Shown one piece after another: positions 56,893-64,000 of a stretch of 64,000 nt of DNA. Within the stretch, counting starts at the first letter, position 1, and the number at the start of each line of letters is the position of its first letter. The translations under genes were made by a program, and so were the position numbers. The notes beneath the pieces are model-generated. The model was given only the letters and a program-made list of their open reading frames with translations, ran no database searches and was not told where the DNA came from. Origin of the DNA: Planctomycetes bacterium UBA7888 (lineage in GTDB: Bacteria > Planctomycetota > UBA1135). The stretch covers positions 35,709-99,708 of the forward strand of contig DLRM01000035.1 in assembly GCA_002500505.1 (NCBI GenBank), in the 5' to 3' direction.

Positions 56893-59322
56893 ATGCCAGC
56901 CCCTGCCTTCAGTTTGATTTTTCCTGCGGTCATTCTCCTTTCGTGCTCTGGCCCCTTACTCTGGCTAGACACTCAGGTTCTCCCCTTTCGTGATTCCTGG
57001 CAAGCTTCCCCAGACCAGCCCTGGCCTGGAAAGGAATGGTACGCAAACCGAATCCAGGATTGGGAGATTAAGGATGGACGACTTCGATGCCTTACTGGTC
57101 AGCAAGGGCCAGCGGGCAGAACTGTTCATCTTCTCACTCGTGAAGTCGGCCTAGGTACCAAACCAGTCAACCTAAGTGTCACTATCGGCGCAACGGACTT
57201 GGGCCCCCTTCAAGACGGGTCTTGCTTTGGATTCCTCTTCGGCATGGGCGGAAACAACATTGATTATCGCGCAACCGCTTTGGTTCAACAAGCTCCTGCT
57301 CCAGGTGGCGGGATTCTTGCCACATTAGATTCTGATGGGCGCCTAACACTGAGAGATTTTTCCCAGTCACTGCAGGAAAAAGGCTATTGGACCATTCAGG
57401 GGAATATTGATTTTAGGGAACTACCCCTACTTGCTGAATCAAAACAAACTTTCCCTATTGGTTTAGAACCTATCCGCATGCACCTTTCCTGGAAAGATGG
57501 GGACCTCACTCTAAAGGCTTTGGCCCAAACGAACGAGAAGGACCTTATCCAAACTCAGCTTGAAGTTCCCGATTTCGCTAGGGAAAAACTAGCTGGAGGA
57601 ATCTCCCTCTTTAGTGCGCGTGGTTCGAAAAACGCAAACACTGGGTTTTCGTTTGGGAGTTTCCAGCTAGAGGGCGCAATTGCGTATCCAAACCGTACTT
57701 GGGGACCTATCTTGGGCTCTCTTTACACCATTGCAAGAAATCGCAATGGAACCAGAACTCTGCGAATGACCATCCAGCACCCAATCCTCCACCGAGAGGA
57801 TGTCCCTCAAACAGAACTCTTTCTCGATGGGCAAGATTCTTTCCTTGGCGTATATCAAATGGATGGGAGCTTTACTTCCCGCTTTGAAATTCCACTACAA
57901 AATCATAATCAAGCAACTCCTTTTGAAGTTCACCTCAATGGGGAACCGGTGTATGAAGGGATTATTCGAGCTGAACCCAAGGAAGGACAACCGGCAAGCC
58001 TTGCTTTGCTTTCTTGTTTAAAAAACCAAGTGGGGCCATTGTCCTGGAATCCAAGCGGCCTTTGGTTCCCACACAACGACATTTCCCGCGGCATTCGGGC
58101 TCAGGATCCCGATCTCCTTTTTTTCGCTGGCGATCAAATTTACGAGGGGGACATCACGGGAGTTGACCGGCGAAGCGAATGGCATTCCATTTTGGACTAC
58201 CACACAAAATGGCAGCGCTTTCTATGGAGTTTTGGTGATCTAACCCGGGTAAGACCCACGATTTGCATTCCCGACGATCACGATGTTTTTCATGGGAATC
58301 TTTGGGGTGCTGGTGGTGAACTAGCCAAGGCGCGCAATGGGATAACAGCGCAAGATGCCGGCGGATACAAGATGCCTGCAAAATTTGTAAATGCAGTTCA
58401 TTCCACCCAAGTTTCCCATTTGCCGCCTTCTCAAGTCTCGTCCTTTATTGGGCAAGGAATCTCCACCTACACAACTTCTTTTGTATGGGGAGGCATTGAT
58501 TTTTGTGTACTTGCAGATCGGATGTGGAAAGACTCGCCAACTGTTGGTGCGCCTCAGTTGAAATTTAAAAACGGATGGCCGCAAGCCGAAGACTACCAGC
58601 CCAAAGATGCCGATTCTCCAGGTCTCCAATTGCTGGGAGTGGAGCAAGAACATTTCTTAGAGTCTTGGGCTGCAGAAAGATTGCCTGATACTTGGACCAA
58701 AGTTGTTCTTTCGCAGTCTCCCTTCGCATGTCTGCACACTTTACCTGGAGTACAAAAAGGTGACCAGGTAGTCGGCAGGCTTCCCGCCCCAAAACCTGGA
58801 GAATATCCGGCCAACGACATCCCAGTCATGGACGCTGATTCGAACGGGTGGCCGCAAGCTGCTAGAAATCGAGCCGTAAAGTCCCTCAGCCGGGCGGGCG
58901 CCCTGCATCTAACTGGAGACCAGCATTTGGGCACGATTGCTTGGTATGGAAAAGACGATTTTCGTGACGGCACCATTGTTTTTACAGGTCCGGCTATGGG
59001 CAATACATGGCCTCGGCGCTGGATGCCTATGGAGCGCGGCAAGAACCAGTCCACCGGTGCACCGCGATACACAGGCGATTATTTTGACGGATTCGGAAAC
59101 CGCGTCACCGTATTGGCAGCAGCAAATCCTCAAGACGATGGTCGCTTGCCTCGACTTTTGCACAACCGTTCGCCTGGATATGGCGTTGTGCGATTTATGC
59201 CAAGTACTCAACGCATCACACTTGAAGCTTGGCCGCGATGGTCAGACGGAATCAGTCCTGGGCAAATGTTTCCAGGCTGGCCCCTCCAAATTAATGCATC
59301 GGGGAGACCGATTTCATTTTGA
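56893..59322 (+). CDS. PhoD-like metallophosphatase with N-terminal extension
   Basis: FAGDQIYE, IPDDHDV, DSNGW and TGDQH motifs; probable start ATG 56893 with hydrophobic leader/lipobox LLSC. Confidence 0.8.
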   Translation: MPAPAFSLIFPAVILLSCSGPLLWLDTQVLPFRDSWQASPDQPWPGKEWYANRIQDWEIKDGRLRCLTGQQGPAGRTVHLLTREVGLGTKPVNLSVTIGATDLGPLQDGSCFGFLFGMGGNNIDYRATALVQQAPAPGGGILATLDSDGRLTLRDFSQSLQEKGYWTIQGNIDFRELPLLAESKQTFPIGLEPIRMHLSWKDGDLTLKALAQTNEKDLIQTQLEVPDFAREKLAGGISLFSARGSKNANTGFSFGSFQLEGAIAYPNRTWGPILGSLYTIARNRNGTRTLRMTIQHPILHREDVPQTELFLDGQDSFLGVYQMDGSFTSRFEIPLQNHNQATPFEVHLNGEPVYEGIIRAEPKEGQPASLALLSCLKNQVGPLSWNPSGLWFPHNDISRGIRAQDPDLLFFAGDQIYEGDITGVDRRSEWHSILDYHTKWQRFLWSFGDLTRVRPTICIPDDHDVFHGNLWGAGGELAKARNGITAQDAGGYKMPAKFVNAVHSTQVSHLPPSQVSSFIGQGISTYTTSFVWGGIDFCVLADRMWKDSPTVGAPQLKFKNGWPQAEDYQPKDADSPGLQLLGVEQEHFLESWAAERLPDTWTKVVLSQSPFACLHTLPGVQKGDQVVGRLPAPKPGEYPANDIPVMDADSNGWPQAARNRAVKSLSRAGALHLTGDQHLGTIAWYGKDDFRDGTIVFTGPAMGNTWPRRWMPMERGKNQSTGAPRYTGDYFDGFGNRVTVLAAANPQDDGRLPRLLHNRSPGYGVVRFMPSTQRITLEAWPRWSDGISPGQMFPGWPLQINASGRPISF

Positions 59323-59370
59323 GGCCTCTTGAATAAACAGACTTTTCAAGAGACGGTAGCTTAACAAAGA

Positions 59371-61761
59371 ATGATTCCCTCAAATCCCCTTCTAATCTTT
59401 GTCCTGTTTTTGGGCACCTGTAGCCCGCCTGACAACTTCGCCCCTTCTTATCGTGGCCTGCACGCAGAGAACGGGATTGTCTGGGCATCGGGTACGGGAG
59501 GAACAGTTCGCAGAAGTTCTGATGGAGGACAAACCTGGCATGAATGCTCCGTGTCAGGGGCTGAAAATCTGGATTTTCGCGATGTGCAGGGTTTTGGATT
59601 CAACACTGCTGTCGTCATGAGTGCTGGTCCAGGAGACTCTTCCAGAATCTACCGCACAACAAATGGAGGTCAAGACTGGAAACTTGTAGTGCGTTGCCCC
59701 ACCAAAGATGGCTTCTGGGATGGCATCGCTTTTTGGAATGAGCAAGATGGGTTACTAGTTGGGGATGCTGTAGATGGCCACCTAGATCTTTGGCGCACGG
59801 AGGACGGGGGCCAATCATGGAGCCCACTCCCCAAGGATTCTCGACCAAAGGTTGTTGAAGGAGAGTATGCCTTCGCAGCATCTGGAACATCGATTTGCGT
59901 CCAGGAAAACTCCCTTGCATGGATTGCCACTGGTGGCTCTCAAAGCCAGGTATATCGAACTGAAAATGGTGGGCAAAGTTGGACATCTTCTAGTACTCCT
60001 TTCAAAGATTCCAAGGCATCCTCCGGAGTGTTCTCTATCCATATGCGCGATTCCAAGAATGGACTTCTCGTCGGAGGTGATTACGAGTCCCCGAACCTTC
60101 CAAGCACTCTTGCTCGAACTTCAGATGGCGGAAAAAGCTGGAGAACCGTTGAGGGTGGGCTTCCCGGCTATCGGTCATGTGTGAACTGGCACAGTGGAGC
60201 CTGGAAAACTACCGGCACGTCAGGCACAGATATTTCTTTCGACGATGGCCTTACTTGGAACCCCTTTGGAGCAGAAGGATTTCATTCTGCATCAGGACAA
60301 GTTCTCTCCGGAGATAGAGGACGACTCAACCTCCCCCTTAGCCGCCAATCCAGCAAGCAACCCAATATCTTGTTTTTCCTCGTTGACGACATGGGTTGGC
60401 AGGACACTTCTGTACCTTTTGCAGATTTTGTTACTGAACAAAATCGGCTTTATCGAACTCCTGCTATGGAAAGGCTTGCATCCGAAGGAATTAAGTTCAC
60501 CCAGGCCTATACCGCAAGCCCCGTTTGCTCCCCCACGCGCACGAGCATTCTTTCGGGCCGGAACCCTGCAAGTACTGGCATTACCCACTGGATTCCCGGT
60601 GAGGGGGATCGTGGTTCGAATTATCAACACTGGGCTTCCCCTGACTGGAATAAGAACGGACTTGGCATTAAAGATTCCACGCTTCCCTCGATTCTTCAAA
60701 ACCACGGCTACCGCACTGCACATATCGGTAAGGCTCACTTTGGAAACCTAGGGACGCCTGGGGCTGACCCTACTCAACTTGGTTTTCAAATTAACATTGG
60801 AGGAAGCCACATCGGACATCCTGGCTCTTATTACCCTCCCTATGGAGAGAAAGGAAGCTCTCATCGCGTTCCTGGACTAGATGATTTCCGAAAATCGAAT
60901 CGGTACCTCAATGATGCGCTTACTGACAAGGCCTTGGCCCTAATAGACACTTTCGCTTCAGATACTGAAGGGCGCCCGTTCTTTTTACATTTAGCGCACT
61001 ACGCCGTGCACACTCCCATACAGGGAGACTTCTCTTTGTTGGACAAATATGACACTGAACTCCCCCAAGCTCGACGACATTACGCCACAATGCTGGAAAG
61101 CATGGATAGATCCCTGAGCCGGATACTGAAGCGACTGGATGTCCTCGGCCTAACAGAAAACACATTAGTTATTTTCTTCTCAGACAATGGCGGCCTAGTC
61201 ACGCATGGTGGCCCACCAACAACCTGCGAACCGCTCGCTGGAGGGAAAGGCACAATGCGAGAAGGCGGGACTAGGGTCCCCATGTTGTTGCGTTGGCCCG
61301 GAAAAGCTGAGCCTGGAACAGCTTGTTCTACTCCGGTCATCTCGGATGATTTTCTGCCAACTTTACTAGAGGCCGCTGATATTGCCTTCCCAAAGGGTGA
61401 TTTCGATGGCCTTTCGTGGCTTTCTTTGCTGAATGGAGAGTCACTTCCAAATCGAACTCTTCTCTGGCATTGGCCACACTACTGGGCAAGCAAACCCTTC
61501 CGAGACCAATGGGATTTCATTGGCCCCTTTAGCGCTCTTCGCAAAGGAGACTACAAAATCGTTTGGCGTTGGGATGACGAGCGGGCAGAGCTCTTCAACC
61601 TAGCAGAGGACCCTTGGGAGCATCACGACCTTAGCGCTACAGAACCCAATCTCTGTTCACAGCTTGTTCGAATATTAGCTGAAAAGCTTATTGAAATGGA
61701 TGCGAAACGACCACGCTTTCATGAAACTGGCGAGGAAATCCCCTGGCCCAGCCTGGAATAA
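59371..61761 (+). CDS. Fusion of BNR/YCF48-like beta-propeller and formylglycine-dependent sulfatase
   Basis: Repeated Asp-box motifs (SSDGGQTW, TTNGGQDW, TEDGGQSW, TENGGQSW, TSDGGKSW, SFDDGLTW), then PNILFFLVDDMG, CSPTRTSILSG, GKAHFG, SDNGG. Confidence 0.88.
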   Translation: MIPSNPLLIFVLFLGTCSPPDNFAPSYRGLHAENGIVWASGTGGTVRRSSDGGQTWHECSVSGAENLDFRDVQGFGFNTAVVMSAGPGDSSRIYRTTNGGQDWKLVVRCPTKDGFWDGIAFWNEQDGLLVGDAVDGHLDLWRTEDGGQSWSPLPKDSRPKVVEGEYAFAASGTSICVQENSLAWIATGGSQSQVYRTENGGQSWTSSSTPFKDSKASSGVFSIHMRDSKNGLLVGGDYESPNLPSTLARTSDGGKSWRTVEGGLPGYRSCVNWHSGAWKTTGTSGTDISFDDGLTWNPFGAEGFHSASGQVLSGDRGRLNLPLSRQSSKQPNILFFLVDDMGWQDTSVPFADFVTEQNRLYRTPAMERLASEGIKFTQAYTASPVCSPTRTSILSGRNPASTGITHWIPGEGDRGSNYQHWASPDWNKNGLGIKDSTLPSILQNHGYRTAHIGKAHFGNLGTPGADPTQLGFQINIGGSHIGHPGSYYPPYGEKGSSHRVPGLDDFRKSNRYLNDALTDKALALIDTFASDTEGRPFFLHLAHYAVHTPIQGDFSLLDKYDTELPQARRHYATMLESMDRSLSRILKRLDVLGLTENTLVIFFSDNGGLVTHGGPPTTCEPLAGGKGTMREGGTRVPMLLRWPGKAEPGTACSTPVISDDFLPTLLEAADIAFPKGDFDGLSWLSLLNGESLPNRTLLWHWPHYWASKPFRDQWDFIGPFSALRKGDYKIVWRWDDERAELFNLAEDPWEHHDLSATEPNLCSQLVRILAEKLIEMDAKRPRFHETGEEIPWPSLE

Positions 61762-61771
61762 TCTTCAGGAC

Positions 61772-62821
61772 TTAGGCCGAAGCTATCGAATAGCGATCCG
61801 CCATCGCAGAAAGTGGAAGAGCTTCGATTTTTGAGGCTTGACCAGCAGTATTAAAGGCCTCGTAGCGGGCAATACAAACCTCGGTCATAGCGGACATTGC
61901 CGGAGTGAGATATTTACGAGGGTCGAAAGCATCGGGCGAGTCCGCAAATACCTTGCGTATCGCACCTGTAATAGCCATACGGTTGTCGGTATCAATGTTC
62001 ACCTTCCGCACGCCAGTCTGAATTCCTTTCACGATTTCTTCAACAGGAACGCCATAAGTTTGCTTCATTGCACCACCGTGGGCGTTGATAATGTCCTGCA
62101 AATCCTGTGGCACAGAAGAAGACCCGTGCATCACTAGGTGCGTGTTAGGAATCGCCGCATGAATTTCAGCCAGACGGTCCATTGCCAAAATATCGCCAGT
62201 AGGTTTCCTCGTGAACTTGTATGCACCGTGGCTTGTACCAATTGCAATCGCAAGAGCATCGACCCCAGTCTTAGCAACAAAATCCTTGGCTTGTTCTGGG
62301 TCGGTCAAAAGCATGTCATGGTCAAGCTTGCCTTCGAAGCCATGGCCATCCTCCTTTTCGCCCTCACCCGTTTCCAGGGAACCGAGACAACCAAGCTCGC
62401 CCTCAACGGACACGCCAACTTCATGGGCAGATTCGACCACCTTTTTCGTGACATCGCAGTTGTACTCGTAGGAGGCCGGCGTCTTGCCATCCTCCTCAAG
62501 GGAACCATCCATCATTACGGATGAAAATTCGGCGGCAACTGCAGACATGCAAGTGTCATAGGAGTTTCCATGATCCTGATGCATACAAACGGGAATCTCC
62601 GGGTACATCTCAACTGCAGCCCGGATTAGGTGGGTTAGCACCACATCATTTGCATACTTCCGGGCACCCCGGCTGGCTTGCATGATGACTGGGGCATCGC
62701 AACGCTTGGCTGCATCCATGATGGCCAGCATTTGCTCCATATTATTGATGTTGAAGGCGGGCACGCCGTAATCATATTCAGCGGCGTGATCCAAAAGTTG
62801 ACGCAGGGAGACAAGTGCCAT
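61772..62821 (-). CDS. fba: Class II fructose-bisphosphate aldolase
   Basis: [54 protein letters not shown]. Confidence 0.97.
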   Translation of the reverse strand: MALVSLRQLLDHAAEYDYGVPAFNINNMEQMLAIMDAAKRCDAPVIMQASRGARKYANDVVLTHLIRAAVEMYPEIPVCMHQDHGNSYDTCMSAVAAEFSSVMMDGSLEEDGKTPASYEYNCDVTKKVVESAHEVGVSVEGELGCLGSLETGEGEKEDGHGFEGKLDHDMLLTDPEQAKDFVAKTGVDALAIAIGTSHGAYKFTRKPTGDILAMDRLAEIHAAIPNTHLVMHGSSSVPQDLQDIINAHGGAMKQTYGVPVEEIVKGIQTGVRKVNIDTDNRMAITGAIRKVFADSPDAFDPRKYLTPAMSAMTEVCIARYEAFNTAGQASKIEALPLSAMADRYSIASA

Positions 62822-62829
62822 GGCGGAAC

Positions 62830-62878
62830 AGTTTAGCGGCCGAGAGCTCCTTATGGCCGCCCTTCTTTCCGCTAAACT
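62830..62878. promoter_or_regulatory. Divergent promoter pair forming a 10-bp inverted repeat
   Basis: AGTTTAGCGG...CCGCTAAACT. Each arm gives a TAAACT -10 box, 8 nt before the fba ATG and 9 nt before ATG 62888. Confidence 0.6.
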
Positions 62879-62887
62879 TCAGCCTTC

Positions 62888-64000
62888 ATGATGCGTTCCG
62901 CCCTCCTTCTTCTTACTTTCTTTGCCTCCCTCTTTGCCCCAGCCACTTTGGCCACGGCACCGCCACCCTCCCCTGCGCTTGCTGAGGATCCATTTGAGGT
63001 CGCTCGCGAACTCCTGAAAGATGGGAAACTTGGCGAAGCGCGGAAAGCGGCCATACAGGCCCTTCAGGCCACTCCGTACGCAGTGGACGGCTACGCCCTT
63101 CTTCGAGAGATTTCCTCGGCCCTGGAGGACGACGAAGAACAACTTCGCTGGGGAAAGTGGGAATGGTGGAGCCGCAAATACACAGGTGAACTCAAGGACC
63201 CCGAAAAACTCGCAGACGACTTAAGTAAGCTTTGGGAAGATTGGAATCAGGACGGAATAATCCTGGAAGAGTGGGAAGCCCAACTCGCAACTGCAGCACA
63301 AAAAGCCGCCTCAAAAAAATACTATCGCTTAGCGGGCCATCTCATGGACAAGCTCCTCGCGCTCAATGTGGATGACACCAAGCTTGAGAAGGAGTACGAC
63401 AAGCTCGCCAAAAAAGCAGGAGAGCAGTTATCCGGTGGCGCATTTGCGGCGGCTTCGATTCGCCGAAAAACAGCCCAGTGGCTTGCCAAGCAAAATGAAA
63501 AGCACGAGGATTGGAAAAATCCATTTGAGCGAAAAACAAAACACTATGACCTCTACACAAATATCTCTTGGGAGTTCGCAGAAACCGCTGCTGCCGCTAT
63601 GGATGAAGTGAATGAGTTTTACCGCTCGATTTATGATTACAAGAAGAGGGCAAAAGCGAAAATATATTGCTGGAAGAAACGATCAGACTTTGACCGCTTC
63701 ACAATGAAGTTAATGAAACGGGCTATGGAAAGCCGCGGCGTTGGTGGTTATTGGGCGCCTGGACAGCGCACCGTTGTGGCCTATGACCGTTCTTATGACG
63801 AAGAAGGTCAAACCCAAGATGCTATTTGGAAAACCCTTTTCCATGAGGCCTCCCACCAGTTCATGACCCTCCTCACAAAGGGTCGCATCGACTCTCCCGT
63901 TTGGCTTGATGAAGGCACTTCTTCCTACTTTGAGGGATGTGTCATCAAAGCGGACGGGACTATCGTCAAAAACAATCCCGCTCGTCAACGACTTCGAAGC
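62888..64000 (+). CDS. Secreted DUF1570/peptidase-MA-like zinc metalloprotein (3'-truncated; absent from the ORF track)
   Basis: MMRSALLLLTFFASLFAPATLA signal; frame runs to the window end with LFHEASHQF and PVWLDEGTSSYFE. Confidence 0.8.
   Translation, partial: MMRSALLLLTFFASLFAPATLATAPPPSPALAEDPFEVARELLKDGKLGEARKAAIQALQATPYAVDGYALLREISSALEDDEEQLRWGKWEWWSRKYTGELKDPEKLADDLSKLWEDWNQDGIILEEWEAQLATAAQKAASKKYYRLAGHLMDKLLALNVDDTKLEKEYDKLAKKAGEQLSGGAFAAASIRRKTAQWLAKQNEKHEDWKNPFERKTKHYDLYTNISWEFAETAAAAMDEVNEFYRSIYDYKKRAKAKIYCWKKRSDFDRFTMKLMKRAMESRGVGGYWAPGQRTVVAYDRSYDEEGQTQDAIWKTLFHEASHQFMTLLTKGRIDSPVWLDEGTSSYFEGCVIKADGTIVKNNPARQRLRS

Noticed and set aside
61772-62821. CbbA-like aldolase as evidence of a Calvin cycle or autotrophic nitrite oxidation
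   Set aside because: This class II subtype is common in heterotrophs, and no RuBisCO or phosphoribulokinase gene is in the window.
1-64000. CRISPR arrays, tRNA/rRNA genes, IS elements, integrases, reverse transcriptase
   Set aside because: No spaced direct repeats, cloverleaf motifs or mobile-element ORFs were seen; intergenic gaps are mostly very short.

Overview
A compact, gene-dense bacterial window (about 47 CDS, many ATGA-coupled or overlapping). The gene families (DUF1080, DUF7133-type dehydrogenases, ThuA-like, sulfatase, DUF1570-like peptidase, carboxypeptidase-regulatory repeats, futalosine pathway) suggest a heterotrophic Planctomycetota/PVC organism; this is inference. I saw no rRNA, tRNA, CRISPR array, integrase or transposase. 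Housekeeping genes are ddl, proS, fba, metH plus yitJ under a SAM-I riboswitch, mqnC/mqnE/mqnA, djlA, and a U32 protein with a ferredoxin. Five things stand out. (1) A cytC-narG-narH-narJ-narI-narK operon resembles the Nitrobacter-type NXR/OP1-type Nar clade. It has a sigma-54 promoter, two matching palindromic enhancer sites and an adjacent two-component system whose kinase carries a 4-Cys PAS motif. (2) About 20 first-in-operon genes have a TAnnnT -10 box only 6-11 nt before the start codon, suggesting pervasive leaderless mRNA. (3) Two tandem paralogous secreted proteins share a C-terminal putative sorting domain and a conserved C-rich leader (one with a C11 tract), next to a TMTC-like O-glycosyltransferase. 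(4) A two-gene GT-C glycosylation module occurs twice. (5) A periplasmic sugar-oxidation cluster has copper- and heme-terminated versions of the same dehydrogenase scaffold. All functional calls come from motif recognition by eye; no database searches were run.
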